IMG/VR virus record: IMGVR_UViG_3300018083_000037
Span: 1-53,190 of that record
Length of the DNA: 53,190 nt
Source: a virus
Lineage: Duplodnaviria; Caudoviricetes
Direction: 5' to 3' (one strand)
This document shows positions 38,429 to 47,788 of this stretch, piece after piece; position 1 is the first letter of the stretch, and every line of letters starts with the position of its first letter. The position numbers were made by a program, and so were the translations under genes. The notes beneath the pieces are model-generated. The model was not told where the DNA came from. It worked only from the letters and a program-made list of their open reading frames with translations, and did not search any database.

Positions 38429-38820
38429 TGTCCATGTCGAAAATCAAAACATTTGAAGCTGCTTGCAAGTTTCTAAAACTGGACCCGGATAAGGTTCTAC
38501 CTAAAGTTACGGGCGTGCCTAAGCATCACCAGGAAGCAATTGTAGCACATGCTAAGCTGGTGATCATTGCTGAAGCATTAAATACTGAAGCGAATGACGG
38601 CAAACCGTGGAAACCGGATTGGACTAATGGTAATTGGGATAAATACTATCCATGGTTTGACTTGTCTTCGGGTTCCTGCCTGTCGTGCGGCGACTTCGAT
38701 CTCCGGATCTCGGCTTCGTATGTCGGCTCTCGCCTTTGCTTTAAAACTGCGGAGTTGGCAAAGTATGCGGGAAAACAGTTCTTGAAATTATATGAACAAT
38801 ATTTCCTGCTGAAAAAGTAG
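38428..38820 (+). CDS. DGR target protein 2 (paralogue)
   Basis: Contains VR2; same 'W.PDW...KYYPWFDL...VGSRLCFK..ELA.YAGKQF' core. Confidence 0.9.
   Translation: MSMSKIKTFEAACKFLKLDPDKVLPKVTGVPKHHQEAIVAHAKLVIIAEALNTEANDGKPWKPDWTNGNWDKYYPWFDLSSGSCLSCGDFDLRISASYVGSRLCFKTAELAKYAGKQFLKLYEQYFLLKK
38665..38739 (+). repeat. DGR variable repeat VR2
   Basis: Ungapped 75-nt match to TR; 16 mismatches, all at TR adenines (20 A in TR). Confidence 0.95.
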
Positions 38821-38849
38821 GAATGGGTGGTGTGCTGCTAGAGCGGCCT

Positions 38850-38924
38850 TCTTCAGGTTCCAGCCTGTCGTACAACGACTACGATAACCAGAACTCGAAT
38901 TCGAATGTCAGCTCTCACCTATGC
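38850..38924 (+). ncRNA. DGR template repeat (TR)
   Basis: TCTTCAGGTTCCAGCCTGTCGTACAACGACTACGATAACCAGAACTCGAATTCGAATGTCAGCTCTCACCTATGC; intergenic, rich in AAC/AAT. Confidence 0.95.
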
Positions 38925-39030
38925 TGAATTTAAGTAGCGGCGCAGACCCTGCCTCTTGGCAAAAGATAACTAATTAACAAAATTCATTGGTAGGGTAACC
39001 GAAGGTGAGTTTTTAAAGCAAAGCGCCGAA

Positions 39031-39990
39031 GTGAGACGAATTAAAAATCTATATCAGGAAATCTGCAGCATGAAAAACCTGTTGCTTGCAGATGAAAAAG
39101 CCAGAAAAGGTAAAGCCTGGCAATACGGCGTTCGGATCCATGAGAAAAACAGGGATGGGAATCTACTCGTATTGCAGGACCAGTTACTCAACAAAACATA
39201 TAAAACTTCCCACTACACCACTTTCAAGGTTTATGAACCAAAGGAAAGGGAAGTATTTCGCCTTCCATATTATCCTGACAGGATCACCCATCACGCTATA
39301 ATGAATCTGATGGAACCCGTGTTTGTCTCAGTCTTTACCGCCGACACATATAGCTGTATTAAGAAGCGTGGAATTCATGCAGCCGCGTATGCCGTTAAAA
39401 AAGCTTTGCGGGACGTACCTGGCAGCCAATATTGCCTGAAACTTGACATAACGAAATTTTACCCAAATATTGATCACGATGTCTTAAAGCAGCTGTTGAG
39501 AAGGAAAATAAAGGACCAAGATCTTCTTTGGCTACTGGACGAGATCATTGATAGCGCACCCGGGCTTCCGATCGGCAACTATCTCAGCCAATACCTGGCA
39601 AATTTCTATCTCACTTATTTTGATCATTGGATAAAGGAGCAGCTGCAGGTGAAGTATTACTTCCGTTATGCTGATGACCTCGTGATATTGTCTGGTAATA
39701 AAGAAATCTTACACATGGTGTTTGACAGGATCAGTGAATACATGAGCGATCGGTTAAAGCTTCAGGTGAAATCCAACTGGCAAATATTCCCGGTTGATGC
39801 CAGGGGAATTGATTTTGTCGGATATCGGTTCTGGCATACTCATACTCTTCTCCGGAAAACAATTAAGAAAAACTTTGCCAGGATGGTCCATATGAACCGA
39901 AACGATGCGTCGATCGCTTCTTACTTGGGTTGGGCGAAACATTGCAACAGTAATCATTTAATAAAAACATTATTACATGAAGCGGTTTAA
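39031..39990 (+). CDS. DGR reverse transcriptase
   Basis: 'YPDRITHHA', 'KLDITKFYPNI', 'GLPIGNYLSQ', 'RYADD', 'IDFVGY'; no maturase/endonuclease tail; adjacent TR/VR. Confidence 0.96.
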   Translation: MRRIKNLYQEICSMKNLLLADEKARKGKAWQYGVRIHEKNRDGNLLVLQDQLLNKTYKTSHYTTFKVYEPKEREVFRLPYYPDRITHHAIMNLMEPVFVSVFTADTYSCIKKRGIHAAAYAVKKALRDVPGSQYCLKLDITKFYPNIDHDVLKQLLRRKIKDQDLLWLLDEIIDSAPGLPIGNYLSQYLANFYLTYFDHWIKEQLQVKYYFRYADDLVILSGNKEILHMVFDRISEYMSDRLKLQVKSNWQIFPVDARGIDFVGYRFWHTHTLLRKTIKKNFARMVHMNRNDASIASYLGWAKHCNSNHLIKTLLHEAV

Positions 39991-40279
39991 GGAATTGGGT
40001 ATTGCCGCACCGGCGAAAGGATTTGTTGGTGATAAAATAAAGATCGCCAGGATACTCAACAAGGAAGTAATGGTGGAGGCCTTTAAGATTGAAGCATCAA
40101 AGTTCCCGGATAAAGGATCCGGGCAGCGTCTATGCCTGCAGCTGATGGTGGATGGCGAGAAGAGGATCCTGTTTACCAGCTCCGGTTTTATGATGGAGAT
40201 GATAAAGAAAGTGCCGGCGGAACATTTCCCGTTCTTAACAACCATCTGTGAGATTAATGAGCATTACGAGTTTTCTTAA
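39977..40279 (+). CDS. Hypothetical beta-rich protein overlapping the RT end (candidate DGR accessory)
   Basis: 100 aa, 14-nt overlap with RT. Confidence 0.6.
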   Translation: MKRFKELGIAAPAKGFVGDKIKIARILNKEVMVEAFKIEASKFPDKGSGQRLCLQLMVDGEKRILFTSSGFMMEMIKKVPAEHFPFLTTICEINEHYEFS

Positions 40280-40309
40280 AATAAATATTCAACTATAAAA
40301 ACGCAACCA

Positions 40310-40759
40310 ATGTCAGAGTCACTAACACCCACGATCGTAAAGCAAAACTTACGGGTGGATCTATCGGCAAAAGAGGTCCACGATTATTCCATTCAGCTGG
40401 CCAACGAAAATAAAAAAGTCGTGTCCATTGAAGAAGAAAAGAAATCGATCATGTCGCAGTATAAAGCCAAGATAGATGAATCAAAAGCCCGCATTAACAA
40501 ACTATCGGCTATTGTCACAGACGCCTTTGAAATGAGGGATATAGAATGTGAAATAGAATACAACAAGCCGGAGCACGGGAAGAAAACCATTATCCGGAGA
40601 GACATCAACAAGGTGCACGCCATAGAAAAAATGGATGATCATGAGCATAATCTTTTTACACAAGTGGATGATGATGACACCAGCGATTTGTTGAACGCTG
40701 AACTGGAAAAGCTGAGTGGGAATGGAAAATCAGGAAGAAAAAGCCGTAGGAAATTTTAA
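40310..40759 (+). CDS. Hypothetical coiled-coil protein
   Basis: 149-aa ORF. Confidence 0.6.
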   Translation: MSESLTPTIVKQNLRVDLSAKEVHDYSIQLANENKKVVSIEEEKKSIMSQYKAKIDESKARINKLSAIVTDAFEMRDIECEIEYNKPEHGKKTIIRRDINKVHAIEKMDDHEHNLFTQVDDDDTSDLLNAELEKLSGNGKSGRKSRRKF

Positions 40760-40771
40760 TTCTTAGATTCT

Positions 40772-42736
40772 GTGAAATCAATACATAAGATTACTAACCC
40801 CACCGTAACAGCTAAACGCACCTGCAGAGTTTGTGGCTGCACCGATGATGATTGCCGGCAATGCGTTGAAAAGACGGGATCCCCTTGCTATTGGGTAGAT
40901 GAAGATCTCTGCAGCGCCTGTGTTGACCAGGAGAAGCCATCTATTATGCTCGGCAATTCCGAAGTGCCGGTAGATCTCACCGACAAAGAATTTAATCAAC
41001 TAAAAAATTTGATGGACAATAAATCTTCTTCATCCCAAAATAATAATGCTATGTCACAACATCAACTACTATTTGTAAAGCTATCCGATATCAACGCTTC
41101 TGAAACCAATCACCTGCAGCGCGACAAGTGGGAGCTGGAGGAAACTGCTTTAAAAGAGCTGGCAGAAAGTATTTCACAGAAAGGGGTAATACAACCGATC
41201 ATGCTTCGCCCTAATGGCAAGGCCGGTAAGTACTTCCTGGTCTGCGGGGAGAGGCGCTTCCAGGCATCCCTACTGGCGAAGCAAACCGATATCCCGGCAT
41301 TCATAAAAACCATGACGGAAGATGAAGCCTTTGAGCTGCAGATCACCGAGAACCTGCAACGCAAAGATGTGCATCCTATTAAGGAAGCTCAGGCCTACAA
41401 GGCGCTGATCGATGCGAACCCGGAAAAGAATACTATAAAGGAGTTGTCTTTACGATTCGGAAAGTCGGAGGCTTACATCACACAGCGCCTGGCATTTAAT
41501 AATCTCATTCCTGAAATGAAGAAAGAATTCGCAGAAGGAAAGATGCTGATCGGTCACGCTCAACTATTCTGCCGGCTGCAGCCAGATGATCAGAAGGTGG
41601 CTTTCAAAGAATGCCGCGAATTTGGTTTTGGTAGTGATAAAAGAGAATACGAAACGATCGAAACGGTTGAATCTTGGATTGATGATGAAATCATGCATGT
41701 ATTATCCGAAGCTCCATTTGATAAGAAGGATCCGAACCTGGTACCCAAAGCTGGCCCATGCACCACATGCCCGAAGCAATCAGGAGGTAATTTATTATTC
41801 ACTGATATCAAAGAGAAGGATCGTTGTTTTGATGGCAAATGTTATGCATCCAAGAAATTGGCCCACACGATTAACCAAATTAACAAACTCGTTCTCACTG
41901 AACCGGCGATGCCTGTAGTTAAGGGTTGGAGTAATGATAAATTGGATCCCTCGGTTGATAAATTACTAAAGGATAATAAGATTAAATCACTAGTGAAATA
42001 CAACGACTGGGATGAAGCAAATAAAAAGGACAAGGGATCCACGATGGCGCTTGTTATTAGTGGCCATGACCTGGGTAAGATCATAGGCATCAAATTCAAA
42101 GAAACGGAAAAAGCAAAAGCTGCAAAGGCTGCAGCTGCGGAGTCCGATAAAGAAGTGCTGACGGCTTCAGCGATCGACCAGCAGGTCGCCGGCATTAAGG
42201 ACAGAAAGAAACGATCGGAAGAACTGGATGCTGATAAAGTACATCACCGTATCACCGAAACGCTGAAGGACCTGAGACCTTACAAAGAGAAATATACCGG
42301 AGGCCTTGATCCGACAGAATACAATGCCCTGGTCTATCTCGCTTATGAGAATGCTGGCTATGATACACAGCATCTGGTGGACAAGGAGCTCAAATTAAAA
42401 GGTGGTCTATCATACCGCGACGAGAAAATAAAACTTGTAGAGAAGCTTTCGGAGGCTCCTGTTGAACTAAAGAACCTGATCATCCGGTCGGCGATCGCTA
42501 ACCGATATATCGGACTTAATGTCTTACCAAGCCTGAAAAGTCCCGGATCCTGGCTGGTCCGGAAAATCGCTGAAACCTATCCCGGTGTGCCGATAAAGGA
42601 ATATGAAAAGGAACAAAAGGTGATCAGTGATAAACGTGATGCTTCTGCGGCAAAAAGGATAGCTGACCTACTGAATAAAAAGAAGGAACTGAAACCCGCA
42701 AAGGCCAAACCAAAAAAAGCAGCTGCAAAGAAATGA
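40772..42736 (+). CDS. ParB/RepB/Spo0J-domain protein with N-terminal Cys-rich finger
   Basis: 'ELAESI...GVIQPI', 'GERRFQA', 'ENLQRKDVHPIKEA'; CRVCGC...CSAC N-terminus; internal 'CTTCP...C'. Confidence 0.88.
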   Translation: MKSIHKITNPTVTAKRTCRVCGCTDDDCRQCVEKTGSPCYWVDEDLCSACVDQEKPSIMLGNSEVPVDLTDKEFNQLKNLMDNKSSSSQNNNAMSQHQLLFVKLSDINASETNHLQRDKWELEETALKELAESISQKGVIQPIMLRPNGKAGKYFLVCGERRFQASLLAKQTDIPAFIKTMTEDEAFELQITENLQRKDVHPIKEAQAYKALIDANPEKNTIKELSLRFGKSEAYITQRLAFNNLIPEMKKEFAEGKMLIGHAQLFCRLQPDDQKVAFKECREFGFGSDKREYETIETVESWIDDEIMHVLSEAPFDKKDPNLVPKAGPCTTCPKQSGGNLLFTDIKEKDRCFDGKCYASKKLAHTINQINKLVLTEPAMPVVKGWSNDKLDPSVDKLLKDNKIKSLVKYNDWDEANKKDKGSTMALVISGHDLGKIIGIKFKETEKAKAAKAAAAESDKEVLTASAIDQQVAGIKDRKKRSEELDADKVHHRITETLKDLRPYKEKYTGGLDPTEYNALVYLAYENAGYDTQHLVDKELKLKGGLSYRDEKIKLVEKLSEAPVELKNLIIRSAIANRYIGLNVLPSLKSPGSWLVRKIAETYPGVPIKEYEKEQKVISDKRDASAAKRIADLLNKKKELKPAKAKPKKAAAKK

Positions 42737-42770
42737 CCGATTGTAAACCTATTAAAGAATAAGATAGGCA

Positions 42771-43304
42771 ATGCCTGATGAAAAACTTTTTAGTCCGCTG
42801 GAGATCCAACTTGTCCGTTCCTCGCTGGCCACCAAAACAGACCAGGAGATTGCTGATCTGGTGGAAACTAGTGTCGCGAATGTGCGGGAGCTAATCAACG
42901 AGATCACCGGTGGTAATTCGGATGAAAGATCCAGGGATGTCATTAAATACCAGGAGGAATGTCGGCAGGCTAAAAAGAAGAAGAAACCGGTAATTGATAG
43001 AGCCCCTTCTCATAAGCAACAACTGGTTGATAAAACCAAGGCCCGGCTGAAGGAAAGAAAGGACGCTGAAAATAAATGGGAGAAACAAAGAGCGATTAAC
43101 AAAGTTCGGGAACACAGGAGAACTTATAAAACCCTTGAAATAGATATGACTAAAATGATATCGGTTAGGATGGATAAAAGGACTTGTGTGCTGGTAGAAC
43201 GCCAATCGACTCAACAGGCTACGGATGCATTGATCGCTCAGGCTAAAGTGCAATTCGAACTCACCAAACGTAAAAACCCACTTTTCAATAAAGATCAAAA
43301 CTAA
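42771..43304 (+). CDS. Putative HTH DNA-binding protein
   Basis: 'TDQEIADLVETSVANVRE'. Confidence 0.5.
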   Translation: MPDEKLFSPLEIQLVRSSLATKTDQEIADLVETSVANVRELINEITGGNSDERSRDVIKYQEECRQAKKKKKPVIDRAPSHKQQLVDKTKARLKERKDAENKWEKQRAINKVREHRRTYKTLEIDMTKMISVRMDKRTCVLVERQSTQQATDALIAQAKVQFELTKRKNPLFNKDQN

Positions 43305-43309
43305 TATTT

Positions 43310-44068
43310 ATGCAACACCAGGTATCCAAGATAAAAGTTTATTGTACGGAAAATTACAACCTGTTTAAAAAAGTTGATGGTAACCGCGGCCTCAATACCA
43401 AGAAGATTGAACGGATCATTTCAGAGATCGAATCCGGTAATGATGTCCTGGATCTGCATCCTGTTGTCGTAAAAGAAAATAAGACTTCTTTGGAGGTCCT
43501 CGATGGCCAGCACCGAATAGAAGTCGCTAAAAGGTTGAAGCGGCAGGTTCATTACGTGCTCAAAAAAGAAGCGATGAATCTTTACCAGGTGGCCAAGGTC
43601 AACAGCAATGTGGAAAAATGGAAGGCGGATGATTTTATTAAATGTTACATCGCTGCCGGCAACAACAACTACAAGCAGCTGGAAAAATTTCATCAGACCT
43701 ATAATATATCTGTTGGCGTTTGCCTGACTATGCTGGACCAGGGAATTATTAATAACGACCAGGGTGCTACAGCAAACTTGTACAGGGATTTCGAAACCGG
43801 TGTTTTCGTTGTGAAAAAATATAAAGAAGCCGTTCAGCTGGTGGAGATATGCAAATCGTTTGAAGCCTTTGAAGGGTGGAACCACAGGAGTTTCATCCTT
43901 GCGATATCAAAAATAATCAGCTCAGATAAATGCGAGATGGATGTCCTGCTGAAAAAATTTAAGGCGGATCCCCGGCTTCTGCAAAAGCAGTCAGACTGGA
44001 GGAAATACCTGACCAACCTGGAAGAGATTTATAACATCGGCAATCATAAAAGGCGCGTGATCTTTTAA
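43310..44068 (+). CDS. ParB N-terminal-like domain protein
   Basis: 'GNR', 'PVVV', 'VLDGQHRIEVA'. Confidence 0.7.
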   Translation: MQHQVSKIKVYCTENYNLFKKVDGNRGLNTKKIERIISEIESGNDVLDLHPVVVKENKTSLEVLDGQHRIEVAKRLKRQVHYVLKKEAMNLYQVAKVNSNVEKWKADDFIKCYIAAGNNNYKQLEKFHQTYNISVGVCLTMLDQGIINNDQGATANLYRDFETGVFVVKKYKEAVQLVEICKSFEAFEGWNHRSFILAISKIISSDKCEMDVLLKKFKADPRLLQKQSDWRKYLTNLEEIYNIGNHKRRVIF

Positions 44069-44283
44069 TGGATCCGGACTATAAAATATTATATGAAAAG
44101 CTCTGCGATAAAGTGAAGCGGATGCGCAGCTGGCAGAAGCAGAAGGAACAGAGGATCCGGTATGGTATACTGCTCGGTAAGGATGACCATTTACGTATGC
44201 GCCGGCTCGAGCGGGAAGTGGACAATATTTTACTACTGGATGAAAAAGGAATGGTGGTGTTTCAAAAAGCAAATCATAAATAA
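44068..44283 (+). CDS. Hypothetical protein
   Basis: TAATG coupling; 'V..MR..Q...LEREVD' similar to the next ORF. Confidence 0.55.
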   Translation: MDPDYKILYEKLCDKVKRMRSWQKQKEQRIRYGILLGKDDHLRMRRLEREVDNILLLDEKGMVVFQKANHK

Positions 44284-44495
44284 TGACAGAAAAACAAATC
44301 ATCGAACGACTGATGCTGAAAGTGGAAGACGTCCGCAAGGCACAGCGGGATTATTTCAAGAACCGTATGGATGTGAGTAAGCGACTCAGCATCGCTAAGG
44401 AGAATGATCTGGATGAATATGTAAAGCAGCTGCGCCGGCAGGGATATACACCGGAGAGCCAGGCAGGATCCTCGCAACAGAATAAAATATTTTAA
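44283..44495 (+). CDS. Hypothetical protein
   Basis: 'VEDVRKAQRDYFK...ENDLD'. Confidence 0.6.
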   Translation: MTEKQIIERLMLKVEDVRKAQRDYFKNRMDVSKRLSIAKENDLDEYVKQLRRQGYTPESQAGSSQQNKIF

Positions 44496-44499
44496 CTGT

Positions 44500-45030
44500 A
44501 TGAATTATTCAGAGAAATTGAAGGACCCAAGATGGCAGAAGAAACGGCTTGAGATTCTTGAGCGGGATGAATTTACATGTCAATCCTGTACTGATAAAGC
44601 TACTGAATTACATGTCCATCATATAAAATATACAGAAAACCCATGGGACGCTCCTCCAGCTGATCTAATCACTTATTGCAAATATTGTCACCTGATCCAT
44701 GAAACTATAAAAAAGAAATATCCGGGAACTAAGGTCATACGGATTATCAAAAGGTCGTATGTCTCAACGGTGTTTATCCCTTTCTCTGTATTATTAGATT
44801 ATGAGCAAGAAAATAAGCATAGGATTCTAGCTATCTTTTTCTGCTCATACCAGGATGGTCGAATAGATTACGATTTTTTAGTTGATTTTAAAGGATTACT
44901 TAAAGAAGTCTCAGATATATCAGAATATATATTTGATCATTACATAGATCTTAATAAAGATAACCACCTGCCAGATATGTACAAAAATTGGAAAACTTGG
45001 CCAGTAAATGACGATCTACCATTCAAATAA
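44500..45030 (+). CDS. HNH endonuclease
   Basis: 'DPRWQKKR..ILERDEFTCQSC...LHVHH...C..CH'. Confidence 0.85.
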   Translation: MNYSEKLKDPRWQKKRLEILERDEFTCQSCTDKATELHVHHIKYTENPWDAPPADLITYCKYCHLIHETIKKKYPGTKVIRIIKRSYVSTVFIPFSVLLDYEQENKHRILAIFFCSYQDGRIDYDFLVDFKGLLKEVSDISEYIFDHYIDLNKDNHLPDMYKNWKTWPVNDDLPFK

Positions 45031-45032
45031 CT

Positions 45033-45893
45033 ATGGGAAAACGATTTAGAGAAACCAATATCAGCCGGGAAGCCTGGTACCGAAAACTATCGCCAGTATA
45101 TAAATGCGCCTGGAATTTTTTGTGCGACGAATGCGATGTGGCTGGCGTCTGGTCTATTGACGATGATGCGCTTGTATTTTTTGTTGGCGAACATATCGAC
45201 CTGAAACAGTTTATGGCGGCTGTTAACTCAGATAAGATCAGGGTTGAGTATTATGGGAAGGATAAGTTATTTATTCCGGGATTTATTGAGTTCCAGTATG
45301 GCCAACTCAGCGAACATTGCAAGCCTCACCAGAAAATAATATCTCTTCTTAAAAAGTATCAATTATTGGAAAGGGTGTGCAAACCCTATACAAAGGGTAT
45401 GGATACCCTACAGGAAGAAGAAGAGGATAAGGAAGAAGAAAAGGAAGGGGAAACAGAAAAGTTGGCGTCAGTTAAAAAAATAAAATTGTTAACCCCAAGG
45501 CTATCCATTGATGATCCAGATCCGGTCCTGAAAACAGAATACGACGGTATTATCACGGAAGTTAATAACGGTTTGGATATAAAGCAGTCGTGGATTAAAA
45601 TAAAGGATTTTATCGACCAGAAGAAACCGCATTTTGTGGAACCGTTTGTTGACGTTTGGAACATTTTCGCCACCCACAATAACTTAACAAAGGTTAATTC
45701 GATTACGCCGAAGCGTAGAACCAAATTTAAAGTTAGAATTCGTGAGCCTGAGTTTGAATTTATTAAAATTCTTGATGCCATCAGGAGGAATGATTTCTAC
45801 CTCGGCAAGGGAAATTCAGATTGGAAGGTTGATTTTGATTTCATAATTCATTCCCAGGATAACTACATAAAAATCATAGAACGAAGAGCCTAA
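45033..45893 (+). CDS. Putative replication initiator
   Basis: N-terminal wHTH-like region, acidic linker, C-terminal 'FYLGK...WKVDFDFII'; precedes DnaB. Confidence 0.7.
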   Translation: MGKRFRETNISREAWYRKLSPVYKCAWNFLCDECDVAGVWSIDDDALVFFVGEHIDLKQFMAAVNSDKIRVEYYGKDKLFIPGFIEFQYGQLSEHCKPHQKIISLLKKYQLLERVCKPYTKGMDTLQEEEEDKEEEKEGETEKLASVKKIKLLTPRLSIDDPDPVLKTEYDGIITEVNNGLDIKQSWIKIKDFIDQKKPHFVEPFVDVWNIFATHNNLTKVNSITPKRRTKFKVRIREPEFEFIKILDAIRRNDFYLGKGNSDWKVDFDFIIHSQDNYIKIIERRA

Positions 45894-47383
45894 TGCCAGA
45901 TAGACCACGAAATAAGAAGCAGGATGTGGAAATGATGATATACGGAAAAATTCCTCCGCAGGCCCGGGACGTGGAGCAATCTATTCTCGGCGCGATCCTC
46001 CTTGAACGTGATGCATTTGACCGGGTGAATGATTTGTTACGGCCGGAATGTTTTTACGTGGAAGGCCATCAGCACATTTACGAATCCATGCAGCAGTTGA
46101 GCCGTACAAGTCAACCGATCGATGCGCACACGGTGATGGAAGAGCTTCGCAAACGCGAACAGCTGGAAATAGTTGGCGGACCATACTACGTCACACAACT
46201 GACCAACTTCGTCGTCAATAGCGCCCACACAGAAAAGCATTGCAAGATCGTCTATGAGAAATGGCTGAAGCGTGAAATGATTCGCCTGGGCGGCCAACTG
46301 GTCAGCGACGCGTATGAAGACAACACAGACGCTTTTGATTTACTGGATGATCTGGAAAGAAATTACCAAGCTATCACCAGCCAGATGGGCATGCAGACAA
46401 TAACACCACTCGATGCCGAGCTGGTCCCGATCTTCAAACGCATCGCTGAGCTGCAGCAGCGCGATCAGCACATCACCGGTGTTCCATCCGGATATTATCC
46501 GCTGGATAAAATCACCCATGGCTGGCAGCCGACAGATCTCATTATCCTGGCAGCAAGACCATCAGTAGGTAAGACAGCGTTCGCACTCAACCTGGCACGT
46601 AATGCTGCACGCACGGCGCTGCGCGATCGCCCAGCGGTTAAAGTCGGAATGTTTTCTCTGGAAATGAGCAAGCAGCAGCTGGTGGAAAGAATGCTGGCAT
46701 GCGAAAGTGATACCTGGCTATCCAAGATAAAAACAGGCCAGCTGGAAAAAGAGCACCTGCAGCGGCTCTACCAATACGGTATTCAACCGCTGGCTGGTCT
46801 GGGAATTTACCTGGATGATACTGGTGCATTAAATGTCTATCAGCTGCGTAGTAAGTGTCGGTATATGATCCGGAAGTTTGGTGTCAAGCTAATCATCATC
46901 GACTACCTGCAGCTGATGTCAGGTGTGGAGGACCGTAAGATTAACAACCGGGAGCAGGAGATCAGTAACATCAGCCGCAACCTAAAATTATTGGCCAAAG
47001 AATTGAGTGTGCCAATAATAGCATTGAGCCAGCTGAGCCGGGATGTTGAAAAAAGAAAAGGCGAAAATCCACGTCCACGTTTAAGCGATCTCCGGGACAG
47101 TGGCGCATTAGAACAGGATGCAGATATGGTGATGTTTTTATATCGTCAGGAAGCGATGGATGAAACTCTCAAAGGACAGATCCTTTTATCGATCACTAAG
47201 AACAGGCACGGTGCACTTGCGCAGGATGATGAGGCGATAAAGTTTCGTGCGGATCTGCCAACACAAAAATTCTCCATATGGCTGGATGATCCTTTATCGA
47301 TAACACAGTCGGCCGGCATACCCGGTGGGAATTGGAGGCCTGTTAAAACAGAAAACCAGGGACTTCCTTTTGCGAATGATTAG
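45893..47383 (+). CDS. dnaB: Replicative DNA helicase
   Basis: 'PPQ..VEQSILG', 'ARPSVGKT', 'SLEM', 'IDYLQL', 'SQLSR', 'DLRDSGALEQDAD', 'KNRHG'. Confidence 0.97.
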   Translation: MPDRPRNKKQDVEMMIYGKIPPQARDVEQSILGAILLERDAFDRVNDLLRPECFYVEGHQHIYESMQQLSRTSQPIDAHTVMEELRKREQLEIVGGPYYVTQLTNFVVNSAHTEKHCKIVYEKWLKREMIRLGGQLVSDAYEDNTDAFDLLDDLERNYQAITSQMGMQTITPLDAELVPIFKRIAELQQRDQHITGVPSGYYPLDKITHGWQPTDLIILAARPSVGKTAFALNLARNAARTALRDRPAVKVGMFSLEMSKQQLVERMLACESDTWLSKIKTGQLEKEHLQRLYQYGIQPLAGLGIYLDDTGALNVYQLRSKCRYMIRKFGVKLIIIDYLQLMSGVEDRKINNREQEISNISRNLKLLAKELSVPIIALSQLSRDVEKRKGENPRPRLSDLRDSGALEQDADMVMFLYRQEAMDETLKGQILLSITKNRHGALAQDDEAIKFRADLPTQKFSIWLDDPLSITQSAGIPGGNWRPVKTENQGLPFAND

Positions 47384-47407
47384 CAATTTTAATATAAACC
47401 AAAGCGC

Positions 47408-47788
47408 ATGAAAATAATAAACGCACCGGTAAAGTCATACATCCGTAAATGGGCCGGGAAAAAGTCGCCAATTGAAATGGCAGTTGATCTGGATGTCAGT
47501 AAAAGCCTGATTGTTTCACACGCATCCAGGATGAACATTAGCCTGCAGAAGAAGGACATTATCAAATCAAACAAGCTGATTGATAAAATAATTACCCAGC
47601 ATCATAAAGAAATGACGCCAAGAGAAATGGCAGCCCTGGCAAATGTCGGCATACATCGGATCAGGCACCGAGGGTACAAGCGCGGAATTGAATTCGTAAG
47701 GGAAGTGGCGCCACCGGTAAAAAAATTTATAAAAAAGGGTAATCGTCTTCTATTCGATGAAACTCATCACGAAAACTGGCTTATATGA
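47408..47788 (+). CDS. Tandem HTH-like protein
   Basis: Two 'P.EMA..L/A.V' repeats. Confidence 0.5.
   Translation: MKIINAPVKSYIRKWAGKKSPIEMAVDLDVSKSLIVSHASRMNISLQKKDIIKSNKLIDKIITQHHKEMTPREMAALANVGIHRIRHRGYKRGIEFVREVAPPVKKFIKKGNRLLFDETHHENWLI

Noticed and set aside
38255-38924. CRISPR array or simple tandem repeat
   Set aside because: Three long copies differing at adenines, two of them coding; no repeat-spacer periodicity or cas genes
39031-39990. RT as group II intron, retron or Abi RT
   Set aside because: No maturase/endonuclease extension or retron VTG motif; the A-specific TR/VR pairs explain it as a DGR
40772-42736. PRTRC system
   Set aside because: The ParB resembles that type, but no ThiF/E2/JAB partner genes are present
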